Below, piece after piece: positions 25,012 to 36,110 of a stretch of 64,000 nucleotides of DNA. A program made the translations under genes and the position numbers. Position 1 is the first letter of the stretch, and each line of letters opens with the position of its first letter. The DNA comes from Sulfurimonas sp. (GTDB lineage: Bacteria; Campylobacterota; Campylobacteria; Campylobacterales; Sulfurimonadaceae), in the NCBI GenBank assembly GCA_026988245.1, contig JALSLR010000014.1, positions 6,660 to 70,659 of the forward strand, given 5' to 3'. A model generated the notes under the pieces. The model saw only the letters and a program-made list of their open reading frames with translations. It did not search any database and was not told the origin of the DNA.

Positions 25012-25084
25012 CAAAAGTATTTTAACATAAATATAGATTATTTGGCTATATAGAGGTAATGATATGTTTAAATCAAATATTTTT

Positions 25085-26356
25085 TTAAAGTTCACTCCCC
25101 CACTTAATAGCATCTAGACCATACTTTTCTCTCAAAATCTGTGTGTTTTTTGTTAAGATTTGCATTTTTTCTTCTTCATGAAAGTTAATGAGCGAGAGCT
25201 CTTTTTTGGAATCTCGTGTAAAACTAGAGCAGTTGATGCTAAGGCGGATAACTTGAAGTCTTTTTTGCGTATCTGCTTGATGAAACATCTCTATGCAGAG
25301 TGCATCGAACTTTTTTTCTGTAAAACGTTCGCATAAGGAGACATTTTTATGAGATTTTTGATTCATCTCGTAGCTGATGCTAAGAGAAAAAACAGTTGGA
25401 ATAACATCAAGTTTGAGTATGGCAAAGTTAAGGTGCCTTGCTAGGACGTGGACACGTCTTCTTAGCTCTGTTCTGTCAAAAAGAGGATCAAAGGTACGTG
25501 AAATACCTATGCTTTTTCTTTTATGAGTAGTTTTTATGGGTGCATCAACCTCTGCATTGATACGTTTATATAGCTCTTTTGCATAAGGACCCCAAGACTC
25601 TATAGTACCCCGTCTTGCTCGTAACTCCCCAAGAGTAAAAATTTGCGCTGATGCTAAGCGGTTTGCCATGCTTTTACCAATACCTGCAAATTCACGCACT
25701 GGTATAGGGTTTATAAAGTCATCAAAATTGTACATGTTAATCACTTTGCATCCAAAAGGTTTTGCAAAGGTGGTGGCAAGTTTGGCTATGTATCTAGTAT
25801 CTGCTGCACCTATGGAGACAGGTAAATCTAAAACTTTTTTTATTTCATGACGTAGGTTGTCGATAAATTGTGGAATCTCAGCATCATCAATCCATCCCGT
25901 TAGATCTCCATAAAATTCATCTATAGAGGCTTGTTCTATAAGAGGAATGCGTGATGCTAAGAACTGATGCAATTCGTTGGAGAGTTTTTGGTAGAGTGTC
26001 ATATTTGGTGCTTTGATGATAAGGTGTGGACAAAGACGAAGTGCTTCAGAGATATTCATAGCAGTTTTAACACCAAAAGCACGTGCCTCATAGGAGGATG
26101 TAGTTAAAATACCTCGTATTTTTCCCTTAGCATCACGAAAAGTGTTGAGGTTGTCATCACTCTCTTCATATGTTTTAAAAAAAGTAGGTACAAATGAACC
26201 TGAATTTTCAAAATTAACAGTTTGTTTTTTAGCTTCATTATTAAATATCTTCGTATCACTACGCCCACCAATAGCTACTGCTTTATTTTCTAATGTTTTA
26301 TCAAGAGTGCGAACAGCGGAGACAAAAAAGCAGTCGATATCTATATGTATTTTCAT
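25085..26356 (-). CDS. dinB: Y-family DNA polymerase IV
   Basis: 'IHIDIDCFFVS', 'SYEARAFGV', 'EQASIDEFY', 'AKLAT', 'KSIGISRTF'. Confidence 0.92.
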   Translation of the reverse strand: MKIHIDIDCFFVSAVRTLDKTLENKAVAIGGRSDTKIFNNEAKKQTVNFENSGSFVPTFFKTYEESDDNLNTFRDAKGKIRGILTTSSYEARAFGVKTAMNISEALRLCPHLIIKAPNMTLYQKLSNELHQFLASRIPLIEQASIDEFYGDLTGWIDDAEIPQFIDNLRHEIKKVLDLPVSIGAADTRYIAKLATTFAKPFGCKVINMYNFDDFINPIPVREFAGIGKSMANRLASAQIFTLGELRARRGTIESWGPYAKELYKRINAEVDAPIKTTHKRKSIGISRTFDPLFDRTELRRRVHVLARHLNFAILKLDVIPTVFSLSISYEMNQKSHKNVSLCERFTEKKFDALCIEMFHQADTQKRLQVIRLSINCSSFTRDSKKELSLINFHEEEKMQILTKNTQILREKYGLDAIKWGSEL

Positions 26357-26417
26357 TTGTCAGTATCTTACATGAAAAAAATGCATATGCTTAAAAATAT
26401 GACAAATTGACATAGAT

Positions 26418-26650
26418 TTAATAGTTCAGTAAAAACTTTTTAAATTCATCTTTGGGTATAGGTTTTGAGTGAAGATATCCTTGTATGAGTTTACAGCTTC
26501 CTCTTTTGTGTAACCATAGATACTTTCGCTAGCATTATTCCAGTAGATAACTTCGTGCTTATTGTTGTAGCCTTGGACAGAGATAGATTCTGTGTTTGCT
26601 AAGATTTCTTGAAAGATTCTTTTTTGATTTTTTATTTATTCTAGTAATTT
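26418..26650 (-). pseudogene. Deletion remnant of a PAS...EAL (c-di-GMP phosphodiesterase-type) gene
   Basis: One frame reads LLE*IKNQKRIFQEILANTESISVQGYNNKHEVIYWNNASESIYGYTKEEA (PAS). It is fused out of frame to SCKLIQGYLHSKPIPKDEFKKFLLNY* (EAL C-terminus). Confidence 0.8.
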
Positions 26651-26667
26651 TTTTGCTATGATTATGC

Positions 26668-27321
26668 ATGATAAAAATACTACTACTTGAAGATGATACT
26701 GTATTTGCAGAGTCTATGATAGATTTGTTAGAGAGTGAGGGGTTTGAAATCACTCATGTAAAAGATGGTGAAGCTGCTCTTGATGCAACCTATGATACAG
26801 ATTTTGATATCTACCTCCTTGATGTTAATGTGCCACTCTTAGATGGCTTTGATTTGCTTGTAAGTTTACGAGAGAGTGGTGATGCTACACCAACTATTTT
26901 TTTAACAGCTTTAAATGACATAGCATCCTTAGCTAAGGGATTTGATGCTGGGGCAGATGACTACATAAAAAAACCATTTGAATTTGATGAACTTTTAATT
27001 CGCATTCAAGCTATACTTAAAAAACAGTTTAAACTTTCAGAAGATGAAATAAAAATCGGTTCATTTATTTTTAATATACAAAAAAATGAGCTTCATGATA
27101 AAAATGGTTTTATAGCTCTCACACCCAATGATCTCAAACTTACTGAACTCTTTTTTAAGCAACCTAATAAGACTTTAACAAAGGAGTTCATCTTAGATGA
27201 GCTATATGAGGGAAAAGAGATGGGTTCGGGGGTGCTTCGTGTCTATATAAATAAGTTAAGAAATGTAGGGCTCCCTATAGTTACGATGAAAGGTGTTGGG
27301 TACCGTCTTGAAGGGTCATGA
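26668..27321 (+). CDS. OmpR-family response regulator
   Basis: 'LLLEDD', 'LLDVNVP', 'GADDYIKKPF', winged helix 'VYINKLR...GVGYRL'. Extended -10 TGcTATGAT 5 nt upstream of the ATG. Confidence 0.93.
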   Translation: MIKILLLEDDTVFAESMIDLLESEGFEITHVKDGEAALDATYDTDFDIYLLDVNVPLLDGFDLLVSLRESGDATPTIFLTALNDIASLAKGFDAGADDYIKKPFEFDELLIRIQAILKKQFKLSEDEIKIGSFIFNIQKNELHDKNGFIALTPNDLKLTELFFKQPNKTLTKEFILDELYEGKEMGSGVLRVYINKLRNVGLPIVTMKGVGYRLEGS

Positions 27322-28372
27322 AAAAAGTGCATTTTTAAAGTTTTTTATCACTTACTTTGTGAGTGTCGCCTTGCTTATCCTTGCTGTTGGTTTTTTTTAC
27401 TTTGAGCAGATGCAGTCTCAGTTGGTAAAAAAAGAGCATTTTTCGCTCATAGAATATGCCCGCCATATTAAAATGAATGAGATCTTAGATGAGTTTAGTG
27501 GTGATTATCATCATGAGTATATTCAAAAGAAAAATCAACATATTAATATAAGAAATTTTGAAATGAATGATAGTGAATTTTCAAAGTTTATCCCTATGGA
27601 GAGTTCAGAATATTATCTCAAAGTATACAAGTCAAAGGATGAGTATATTGCAAATATCTCTCAATTAAAAGTAAAAATTATATTTGCGCAGATTTTGCTC
27701 TTAGTTCTATTTGCCAGTATTAGTTACTTTTTAGCAAGAAAAGCCTTGTACCCTCTTAAGAAAGCTATTCACACCCTTGATAAGTTTGCAAAAGACTTGA
27801 TACATGATTTGAACACTCCCGTAGGTGCTATGAAGCTTAATATAAAAATTTTAGAAAAAAACCAAGATATAAAAGAGTTAAAAGCACTACAAAGACTTAA
27901 AATAAGTGTAGATACTATCTCTGAACTCAAAGAAAGTTTAACAACACTTTTAGAGAAAAAAACATTCCAAGTGCGTGCTTTAAATGTATGTGCCATAGCG
28001 CAAGAGTCGATCTCTTTACATCAACAAAATTATCCTAAGATGAAGATTCAAGTGAGTTGCAGTAGCCTCATCGCTAATGTCAATGAAAATGCTTTGAAAC
28101 AGATACTTCACAATCTCCTCTCCAATGCATGCAAATATAATGTAGAAGATGGTAGTATAAATGTTTTTATGAAAGATAAGGCCTTATGTATTCAGGATTC
28201 TGGTTTTGGTATCAAAGAACCGAGTAAAATTTTTGACAGAGAATACAGTGCTCAAAACTCTACAGGTTTAGGTCTAGATATAGTCAAAAGATTAGCCGAA
28301 GCCATGAATATAACTATAGATGTAAAATCAGATGAAAATGGAAGCTTATTTTGTCTACACTTTCAAAAATAG
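27308..28372 (+). CDS. Sensor histidine kinase
   Basis: Two TMs, H-box 'DLIHDLNTP', 'NLLSNACKY', 'QDSGFGI', 'GLGLDIVKRL'. Start uncertain (TTG 27308 vs ORF track 27293). Confidence 0.9.
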   Translation: MKGHEKSAFLKFFITYFVSVALLILAVGFFYFEQMQSQLVKKEHFSLIEYARHIKMNEILDEFSGDYHHEYIQKKNQHINIRNFEMNDSEFSKFIPMESSEYYLKVYKSKDEYIANISQLKVKIIFAQILLLVLFASISYFLARKALYPLKKAIHTLDKFAKDLIHDLNTPVGAMKLNIKILEKNQDIKELKALQRLKISVDTISELKESLTTLLEKKTFQVRALNVCAIAQESISLHQQNYPKMKIQVSCSSLIANVNENALKQILHNLLSNACKYNVEDGSINVFMKDKALCIQDSGFGIKEPSKIFDREYSAQNSTGLGLDIVKRLAEAMNITIDVKSDENGSLFCLHFQK

Positions 28373-28405
28373 TATAATTTTACGAAAATGAGGAATATAA
28401 AATAG

Positions 28406-28873
28406 ATGCGATACTTAGGGTTACTTTTCTTACTTCTTTTTAGTGCTTGTAGCATTAAAGAGTATGCACAAACGAAAACAAAAATTATCATCATAAAATC
28501 ACCTCAGATAAAGTTCGCAGACTTAGGCTATGTTAGAAATACAAATAAGGCGATAGAGTTAGAACTTTTTATGGCTGGAAAAAGTATCAAAAAAATCACC
28601 ATCAACAATCTTATATGCGTAGATGATGGTTGCATGACTAAGGGCGGGTTTAATGAAGACTATCTTGTTTCATCTTATCCTAGTGATATACTTCAGCACA
28701 TACTTTTAGGGCTACCTATATATGATGCTAAGAACATACAAAAAAATGAAGATGGATATATACAAAAAATCAAAGATGAAAATGTAGATATAAAATACAA
28801 AGTAACTAATAAACAAATCTTTTTTAAAGATAAAAAGAATAAAATTATTTTTAAAATCAAAGAACTAAACTAA
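28406..28873 (+). CDS. Conserved hypothetical lipoprotein
   Basis: Lipobox LFSA-C, RBS GAGG. Confidence 0.75.
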   Translation: MRYLGLLFLLLFSACSIKEYAQTKTKIIIIKSPQIKFADLGYVRNTNKAIELELFMAGKSIKKITINNLICVDDGCMTKGGFNEDYLVSSYPSDILQHILLGLPIYDAKNIQKNEDGYIQKIKDENVDIKYKVTNKQIFFKDKKNKIIFKIKELN

Positions 28874-28881
28874 GGAATAAT

Positions 28882-29769
28882 ATGTCAAAGAAGTTTGTAG
28901 GTGCACACACAAGCGCATCTGGTGGTGTGCAAAACGCTGTGCAAAATGCAGTAGATATTGGGGCAAAGGCCTTTGCCCTTTTTACTAAAAATCAAAAACG
29001 CTGGGATGCTAAACCTCTTGATGCTAAGACACTTGACTTATGGTTTAAGGCTTTAGAGGACTCTAAAATTCAGCCTAAACATATATTGCCACATGACTCT
29101 TACCTTATAAACTTAGGTAATCCTGATGAGCAAAAACTTATAAAAAGTCGTATGGCATTCATAGATGAGTTAGAGCGTTGTGAGATACTTGGGCTTGATA
29201 GACTGAACTTTCATCCAGGGAGCCATTTAGAAAAACTCTCAGCTGCTCAAAAGCGTGATGAGGTGTTTTTAAAAGAAGTGGAAGATAAGTGCTTGGATGT
29301 GATAGCAGAGTCTATAAATATAGCACTCGATAAGACACAAAATGTTAAAGCAGTTATAGAAAATACAGCAGGACAAGGGACAAACTTAGGTTATACTTTT
29401 GAGCATTTAGCATACATCATAGACAAGGTAGAAGACAAAACTCGTGTAGGAGTTTGCATTGACACTTGTCATATGTTTGTAGCAGGTTATGACATCCGAA
29501 CTAGAGAGACATACGATAAAACATGGGCAGATTTTGACGCTATAGTAGGGCGAGATAAATTGATGGGTATGCATATCAATGACTCTAAACCACCACTTGG
29601 AAGTAAAAAAGATAGACACCATTCTTTAGGTGAGGGTGAGATAGGTCTAGATGCTTTTAAGTTTATCATGAATGATGAACGCATGGACGATATACCACTC
29701 GTTTTAGAAACGATAAATAGTGAGATTTGGAAACAAGAGATAGAACTGCTTTACTCATTTGAAGATTAA
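28882..29769 (+). CDS. nfo: Endonuclease IV
   Basis: 'GAHTSASGG', 'PHDSYLINL', 'LNFHPGSH', 'IENTAGQG', 'CIDTCH', 'DRHHSLG'. Confidence 0.96.
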   Translation: MSKKFVGAHTSASGGVQNAVQNAVDIGAKAFALFTKNQKRWDAKPLDAKTLDLWFKALEDSKIQPKHILPHDSYLINLGNPDEQKLIKSRMAFIDELERCEILGLDRLNFHPGSHLEKLSAAQKRDEVFLKEVEDKCLDVIAESINIALDKTQNVKAVIENTAGQGTNLGYTFEHLAYIIDKVEDKTRVGVCIDTCHMFVAGYDIRTRETYDKTWADFDAIVGRDKLMGMHINDSKPPLGSKKDRHHSLGEGEIGLDAFKFIMNDERMDDIPLVLETINSEIWKQEIELLYSFED

Positions 29770-29824
29770 GTTAAGCAAAGCTAATGTAGTATTATCGCCA
29801 GATTATTACATAAAAAGGAAAATT

Positions 29825-31078
29825 ATGAAGAAAATTATCTTAGCATCAGTAGTTGCAAGTTCAGTTTTAATGGCAGGTGGATATAAAATCCCAGAAAGTT
29901 CAGTTAATGCAGTAGCCCTAAGTGCTGCAAATGTAGCGCATACAACAGGGGCAGATGCAGCGTACTATAACCCTGCAAATATGATATTTATGGCAGATGA
30001 GCATTCTATGGAATTGGATGTGACTTATATAGGGCTTGATGCGATTAATTATACTGGAACATATACGTCAAAATTATCTGGGGCAACAACGAGTGAGAAT
30101 TTAAATTCCCAAGAAGAAACTTTTTTTATACCAACATTTCACTATGTATCTCCCAAGATAGGGGAAGCTAGAGTTGGTTTTTCTATGGTAACTCCAGGTG
30201 GATTGACTAAAAGATGGGAAAGTCAGCCAGCTCAGGCAAGTGCGGAAGAGTTTTCTCTTCAAACAGTTGAACTAAGTCCTACAGTAGCTCTTCCTATTGG
30301 AGATAACTTGGCTATTGCTGCCGGTATTAGAATGGTATATTCAAGTGGTATTATTAAAGCTTCTTATTCTCCTATTATGAAACAAGATATGACAGCAGAT
30401 TCAATTGATTTTGGATACAACATAGCTCTTTCATATAAACCGACAAAAAGTTTAGATATAGGTGTGACATACCGTTCACAAATTAATCTAACAGAAGAGG
30501 GTACTGCTGATTTATCATTTGTAGGTGGTACATATGCATCTGGTACTATTCCAACCGTAGCAGACAAAACATATGATGCTAGTGTTACAATCCCTCTGCC
30601 AGCTGCTTTAAATATTGCAGCAGCATACACTTTTACATCTGATACTACAGTTGAATTTGTTTATGAGAGAAATTTTTGGTCAGCATACGAATCATTAGAC
30701 TTTGATTTTAATGATGTTTATGCAGAGGGTGTGTTTGGTTCATCTAAAGCAAAAGACTGGGAAGACACAAATGCCTTTCGTTTAGGTCTTACTCAAGTTT
30801 TAGGCGATGCTACTATCATGGCTGGTTTTGTATATGAAAACTCTCCCGTTCCTGCAAAAACAGTTGGTTTTGAACTTCCAGATTCTGATCAAAAGTCAGT
30901 ATCACTTGGTGGACGTTATGCTATAAATAAGTCTGTAGATATTGCACTTGCTGGACTTTACTCTATGCGTGATGCTAGAACTATAACAGCAACTGATGCT
31001 AACGATAATGGTTTAGTTGGGACTTTCGCAGAGTCAAATGTACTTATCCTCTCAGCCGGTGTTGGTTACAAATTTTAA
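29825..31078 (+). CDS. FadL/TodX family outer-membrane long-chain fatty acid transport protein
   Basis: 'AAYYNPANM', 'TPGGLTKRW', 'FELPDSD', terminal YKF. Start ATG 29825 after AAAGGA. Confidence 0.88.
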   Translation: MKKIILASVVASSVLMAGGYKIPESSVNAVALSAANVAHTTGADAAYYNPANMIFMADEHSMELDVTYIGLDAINYTGTYTSKLSGATTSENLNSQEETFFIPTFHYVSPKIGEARVGFSMVTPGGLTKRWESQPAQASAEEFSLQTVELSPTVALPIGDNLAIAAGIRMVYSSGIIKASYSPIMKQDMTADSIDFGYNIALSYKPTKSLDIGVTYRSQINLTEEGTADLSFVGGTYASGTIPTVADKTYDASVTIPLPAALNIAAAYTFTSDTTVEFVYERNFWSAYESLDFDFNDVYAEGVFGSSKAKDWEDTNAFRLGLTQVLGDATIMAGFVYENSPVPAKTVGFELPDSDQKSVSLGGRYAINKSVDIALAGLYSMRDARTITATDANDNGLVGTFAESNVLILSAGVGYKF

Positions 31079-31086
31079 GGGTATAA

Positions 31087-32820
31087 TTGAAAACATTAGT
31101 TAATTTTTTAGATGCTAAAGATGCATCGAAGTCTGAAATATTCTCACAGCTAAAGTGTAGTGATGCTGAAGCCAAAGTGCTTCAACACCTTACAATTAAG
31201 TATATGCAAGGTCAAGATGACCTTTTAGTTTTAGAGCTTCTTCAAGAGCTTTTCCCAAGTAAAAAATATGCTTACTTAGAGCATCTTGGTGAGATTAAAA
31301 ACTTACTAGAACTTGGTTGGTTGCATCAACAAAGCTTTACCCCTGTCAAGATTTCTGATGTTACACCTCTAGAACTTTTAAACACTGCAGTTGGACTCTC
31401 CCCCTCCTTTTTAAAGTTGATGCAAGATGTAAATATTGATATAGATTTACCTGAGATAAAGCCATATAGCGACCATTTGGAATATTTGCAAGATCAATTT
31501 TTTCGTATAGAACTCTATCAAAAAATGTCTAGTATCCGACAAAATGTGCACGAACACTCCCTCGGTATAGATAGAATTATGAATAAGCTTCAGCTTCTTG
31601 AGAAAAGAATCGCACAAAGGGTAGAACAAACTGAAGAAAAATTGGTTTTAGATAAATTTTTTATTCAAAAAAAGATGGCTACACTTGAACAAGTGATATT
31701 TATAGCACTATTACGTGAAGAATACAATGCTACAGATGCTTCCTTACGAGAGATGAATACATTGATAGACTTGATATCTATAGATGAATATGACCGTATT
31801 AAAAATCGTTCATTGTTAGAAGATGGAAGCCATCTCATTAATGAAAATATTATAGATTATGAGGAGATGCTGAATCCTTTTGGTGGAATTACAAGAGCTT
31901 TTTATATAGTAGATGATGTCCTCCAAAGTATCATACACCCAAATAAAAACAAAAAAGTAAGACGTTTAAAGCTCAATGCCCTCATAGAGGAACAAGATAT
32001 TTTCGAACTCATAGATCCTGAGACCTCTTTAGAAGATGTAGTTTTATCTAAAGAGACAAAGGAAACCTTAGATAACCTGATGCGACAAGTTGACAAAAAG
32101 GTAGTTTCAAGACTTGTAGAGTGGGGTATAAAAGATAAAAAAAGTGGTATTGATGCTAGAATAATCTTCTATGGTTCCGCTGGAACTGGTAAGACTATGA
32201 CAGCGTATTCGCTTGCCAAATCTCTTAAACGCCAAGTTTTAGCCTTTGACTGTTCGAAGATTCTCTCTATGTATGTAGGTGAGAGTGAAAAAAATGTCCG
32301 TAAAATCTTTGACACTTTTTATGACTTGTGTGATAAAACAAAAACAGAACCGATACTTCTTTTAAATGAAGCAGATCAGTTCTTAGGTTCACGATCTAGT
32401 GGAAACATAACAGGTTCAGACCAGATGCATAATCAGATGCAAAATATATTTTTAGAACAGATTGAAAACTTTCGTGGTATGCTCATAGCGACGACGAATC
32501 TCCTTGAAAATATAGACAAAGCCTTTTCAAGACGCTTTAACTATAAGATAGAGTTTAAAAAGCCCGATGAGGCACAAAGAATAAAGCTATGGGAATTGAT
32601 GCTTCCCAAGGAGGCTCCGTATGAGAAAGGTTTTACAGTGAAAAAACTTTCAAAGTACCCACTTTCAGGTGGACAAATAAACTTAATAGTAAAAAACACA
32701 GCGTATAAAGTTGCTGTACGCGAGGAACCACTCTTTAAACTAGAAGATTTTGTGCATGAAATTCAAAGAGAAAAAAGTGGTGACTTTGATGGTGAAAAGG
32801 TTATGGGCTTTATTGAATAA
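31087..32820 (+). CDS. AAA+ family ATPase
   Basis: Walker A GSAGTGKT, 'SMYVGESEKN', Walker B variant 'LLNEAD', 'ATTNL', SRH 'AFSRRF'. Confidence 0.9.
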   Translation: MKTLVNFLDAKDASKSEIFSQLKCSDAEAKVLQHLTIKYMQGQDDLLVLELLQELFPSKKYAYLEHLGEIKNLLELGWLHQQSFTPVKISDVTPLELLNTAVGLSPSFLKLMQDVNIDIDLPEIKPYSDHLEYLQDQFFRIELYQKMSSIRQNVHEHSLGIDRIMNKLQLLEKRIAQRVEQTEEKLVLDKFFIQKKMATLEQVIFIALLREEYNATDASLREMNTLIDLISIDEYDRIKNRSLLEDGSHLINENIIDYEEMLNPFGGITRAFYIVDDVLQSIIHPNKNKKVRRLKLNALIEEQDIFELIDPETSLEDVVLSKETKETLDNLMRQVDKKVVSRLVEWGIKDKKSGIDARIIFYGSAGTGKTMTAYSLAKSLKRQVLAFDCSKILSMYVGESEKNVRKIFDTFYDLCDKTKTEPILLLNEADQFLGSRSSGNITGSDQMHNQMQNIFLEQIENFRGMLIATTNLLENIDKAFSRRFNYKIEFKKPDEAQRIKLWELMLPKEAPYEKGFTVKKLSKYPLSGGQINLIVKNTAYKVAVREEPLFKLEDFVHEIQREKSGDFDGEKVMGFIE

Positions 32821-33171
32821 TTTTGATAGTAGTGTGGAGTTATGTCACATAGTGACAACTTAATACTTCAAAGTTGTTAAAAAATTAAGTAATATTTTAG
32901 CTTATCTCAGCCTTTCTCTCTTAAAGTATTACAATTTTACACACTTTGAAATTCTCACAAAAAAGATGTTGCGTTTTGTGACATTTGACCCTTCTTAATC
33001 TAGGTACTTCTTGTATTTAATAGACTTTTTGATATAGTAGCACTAACTGTTTTTTCTAAAATTAGAAAACAAGAAAATAGAATATAGAGTAAATCTTTTT
33101 CTTTTCTGGCTAAATATTTTAAAAAAATATTTGCTCGTCAAAGAGATTTACACTACATAAGGATAGCTTAG

Positions 33172-33561
33172 ATGGAGCATATTAATACTGCAAATCCGTA
33201 CTTCGGTGTATTTGTACTATTCGTTGTAACTTTTGGTGCTTTTATTGGTACTACGGTGATTGCAAGACTTGCATCCCGTGCCTTAGCACGTAAAGATAGC
33301 GAAAAAATTAAACTCTCAGTATATGAGTGTGGACCAGAAATAACAAAACAACCAAATAGAGTATCACCTCAGTTTTACCTATTTGCCTTACTGTTTTTAC
33401 TTTTTGATGTGGAAATTATCTTTATGTTCCCTTGGGCAGTGGATTATAAGGCATTAGGTATGTTTGGCCTTGTTGAGATGCTAATGTTTATAGCATTGTT
33501 AGCAATTGGTTTCGTATATGCATGGAAAAAAGGAGCGCTTGAATGGCACAACATAAAGTAA
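33172..33561 (+). CDS. nuoA: NADH-quinone oxidoreductase subunit A
   Basis: 'YECG', '[14 protein letters not shown]', 'WKKGALEW'. Confidence 0.95.
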   Translation: MEHINTANPYFGVFVLFVVTFGAFIGTTVIARLASRALARKDSEKIKLSVYECGPEITKQPNRVSPQFYLFALLFLLFDVEIIFMFPWAVDYKALGMFGLVEMLMFIALLAIGFVYAWKKGALEWHNIK

Positions 33562-34052
33562 ATTATACACAAGATGGTGGACTTCCAGTCGCACTAACAA
33601 GTATTGATAAAATTGTAAACTGGGGGCGTTCAAACTCTATATGGGCATTAACTTATGGTCTTGCTTGTTGTGGTATTGAGATGATGGCTTCTGGGGCTTC
33701 ACGTTATGACTTTGATAGATTTGGAACTATCTTTAGAGCATCACCTCGTCAAGCAGATGTTATGATAGTTGCTGGAACTTTGACAAAAAAACACGCTGAA
33801 TTCATTAAGCGTTTATATGATCAAATGACTGAACCAAGATGGGTAATCTCTATGGGTTCATGCGCAAATACTGGTGGAATGTTTAATACATATGCAACAG
33901 TACAGGGTGTTGATAGAATCATCCCTGTTGATTTGTATCTTCCTGGTTGTGCACCACGTCCTGAAACGCTTCAGTATGGTGTGATGCTGCTTCAAAAGAA
34001 GATTCGTGCTAACAAAGCTGGAAATGCGCAAAAGCCAAAAAGGTTGATGTAA
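33543..34052 (+). CDS. nuoB: NADH-quinone oxidoreductase subunit B
   Basis: 'GLACCGIEM', 'SPRQAD', 'MGSCA', 'PGCAPRPE'. Confidence 0.97.
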   Translation: MAQHKVNYTQDGGLPVALTSIDKIVNWGRSNSIWALTYGLACCGIEMMASGASRYDFDRFGTIFRASPRQADVMIVAGTLTKKHAEFIKRLYDQMTEPRWVISMGSCANTGGMFNTYATVQGVDRIIPVDLYLPGCAPRPETLQYGVMLLQKKIRANKAGNAQKPKRLM

Positions 34053-34858
34053 TGAGAACCTATACAAACAAAAAAAATGTACAAGCTAAACCTTACTATA
34101 CAGATAGATTCTGGAAAGCACCTCAAGTTGCAAAGTATGAAGTAGAATCAGATGAAGTTTTTGCTGCAGATTTAGCTGCTATAAAAGCAAAATTTCCTGT
34201 AAGCGATGCTTTTATTCAAGTTGAGCAGATGACAGTATGGATAAATGCTTCGGATATCTACGGTGTATTAGAACTTATGCGTGATGAACTTGCTTATACA
34301 CAACTTTCAGAGATGAGCGCTATTGACTTTATAGAACAACGTGATGAATTTGAAATCTTTTATCAGATGTTAAGTATGACAAAACGTAAGCGTATCCGTA
34401 TCAAATATACTATTAAAAACGGACAAGCAGTTGATTCGGTTGAGAAACTATTTCGTAGTGCAGACTGGTCTGAACGTGAGATGTTTGACATGTTTGGTAT
34501 CGAAGCGAATGCCCATCCATTTATGAAGCGTATCCTTATGCCTTATGACTGGCAAGGCTATCCACTTCTTAAAACTTACCCACTCCAAGGGGATGAGTTT
34601 GCAGCTTGGTATGAAGTAGATAAGATTTATGGAAAAGAAGCAAGAGAAGAGATTGGACCTGAAATTCGTGATACATCTACTATAGACAGATACGATTCAG
34701 AGCGTTTTGCTAAACTTGGACATGAGGTACCTAAAGGTACGGAGATTACAGGTGATGAACCTAAAAATGAACAAAACTACCAAGAAGAAGGTGGTGTATT
34801 CTTGATTAAAAAATTCGACAAAGATAGCTCAAAAGTTATCGATGATCCTCAAAGATAG
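34052..34858 (+). CDS. nuoC: NADH-quinone oxidoreductase subunit C
   Basis: 'ADWSEREMFDMFGI', 'RILMPYDWQGYPLLK'. Confidence 0.95.
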   Translation: MRTYTNKKNVQAKPYYTDRFWKAPQVAKYEVESDEVFAADLAAIKAKFPVSDAFIQVEQMTVWINASDIYGVLELMRDELAYTQLSEMSAIDFIEQRDEFEIFYQMLSMTKRKRIRIKYTIKNGQAVDSVEKLFRSADWSEREMFDMFGIEANAHPFMKRILMPYDWQGYPLLKTYPLQGDEFAAWYEVDKIYGKEAREEIGPEIRDTSTIDRYDSERFAKLGHEVPKGTEITGDEPKNEQNYQEEGGVFLIKKFDKDSSKVIDDPQR

Positions 34859-34868
34859 GTGGTAAAAT

Positions 34869-36110
34869 ATGGCACAGGTAAAAAATAGACTATCCCCATT
34901 TTTTGAAAATATTACATTTGATAGAGAAGATAATGAACTTATTTTAAACTTCGGACCACAGCATCCATCTGCTCACGGTCAGTTACGTTTAATGCTTCAT
35001 TTACAACAAGAACAAATTGTAAAAGCGCATCCAGATGTTGGGTACCTTCACCGTGGTATGGAGAAGATGGCAGAAAACATGATTTATAATGAGTTTATGC
35101 CTACAACAGATCGTATGGACTATATCGCTTCAAGTTCAAACAACTATGGTTTTGCACTTGCAGTTGAAAAACTTGTTGGCTTAGAAGTTCCTCGTCGTGC
35201 AAAAGTTATCCGTATGATGCTTTTGGAGATAAATAGGCTTATGTCTCACCTCTTTTGGTTAGCTACTACGGCGCTTGATATTGGTGCGATGACAATCTTC
35301 TTATTTGCATTTCGTGAGCGTGAATACTTGATGGATATCATCGAGGGTTACTGTGGAGCTCGTTTAACACATGCAGCTATCCGTATCGGTGGAGTGCCTT
35401 TAGATATACAAGACACTTTCATCTCTCAGCTCAAAACATTTTTAGACAAGCTTCCTCAAAATATTAAAGATTATGAAGACCTTCTTGATCAAAACCGTAT
35501 CTGGTTAATGAGAATGGAAGAAGTTGGAGAGATTTCAACTGAGATGGCACTTTCTTGGGGTTGTACAGGTCCAATGCTTAGAGCATCAGGAGTGAAGTGG
35601 GACATTCGTAAAGAGGAACCATATGAACTTTATGATGAAGTAGAGTTTGATGTGCCTTGGTCAGATAAAGGTGATAACTATGCTCGTTATCGTATATATA
35701 TGCAAGAGATGCGTGAGAGTGCAAAAATTCTTTATCAAACTATAGATATGTATGACGAGTGTGTAAAAAAAGGAGAGACTGAACTTATGGCTCATTCTCC
35801 TCAATATATCTCAGCTCCTAAGTTAGATATTATGACGCAAAACTACTCTTTAATGCAACACTTTGTGCTTGTAACTCAGGGTATGAGACCTCCTGTTGGA
35901 GAGGTCTATGTTGCAACTGAATCACCAAAAGGTGAGCTTGGTTTCTTTATCAATTCTCAAGGGGGAGCGTATCCTTACAGACTTAAGCTTCGTGCGCCAT
36001 CTTTTTGGCATACTGGTATTTTAACTGACCTATTACCTGGTCATTATATTCCAGATGTTGTTTCTATCATAGGAACAACAAATATTGTATTTGGGGAAGT
36101 GGACAGATAA
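34869..36110 (+). CDS. nuoD: NADH-quinone oxidoreductase subunit D
   Basis: '[11 protein letters not shown]', 'GYLHRGMEK', 'ESPKGE', 'IVFGEVDR'. Confidence 0.97.
   Translation: MAQVKNRLSPFFENITFDREDNELILNFGPQHPSAHGQLRLMLHLQQEQIVKAHPDVGYLHRGMEKMAENMIYNEFMPTTDRMDYIASSSNNYGFALAVEKLVGLEVPRRAKVIRMMLLEINRLMSHLFWLATTALDIGAMTIFLFAFREREYLMDIIEGYCGARLTHAAIRIGGVPLDIQDTFISQLKTFLDKLPQNIKDYEDLLDQNRIWLMRMEEVGEISTEMALSWGCTGPMLRASGVKWDIRKEEPYELYDEVEFDVPWSDKGDNYARYRIYMQEMRESAKILYQTIDMYDECVKKGETELMAHSPQYISAPKLDIMTQNYSLMQHFVLVTQGMRPPVGEVYVATESPKGELGFFINSQGGAYPYRLKLRAPSFWHTGILTDLLPGHYIPDVVSIIGTTNIVFGEVDR

Noticed and set aside
26559-26753. 64-aa minus-strand ORF from the track
   Set aside because: It overlaps the regulator gene antisense and is in a different frame from the recognisable PAS remnant. 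No RBS or motif.
26668-28372. Two-component system as the PhoB/PhoR pair controlling the Pho boxes
   Set aside because: It has no GTAAC repeats in its own promoter, lies 19 kb from the pst cluster, and shows nothing PhoR-specific. It cannot be excluded but is unsupported.
33538-33561. 19-bp nuoA/nuoB overlap as a frameshift or recoding signal
   Set aside because: Both ORFs are complete with normal termini, and nuoB has its own AAGGAG RBS.
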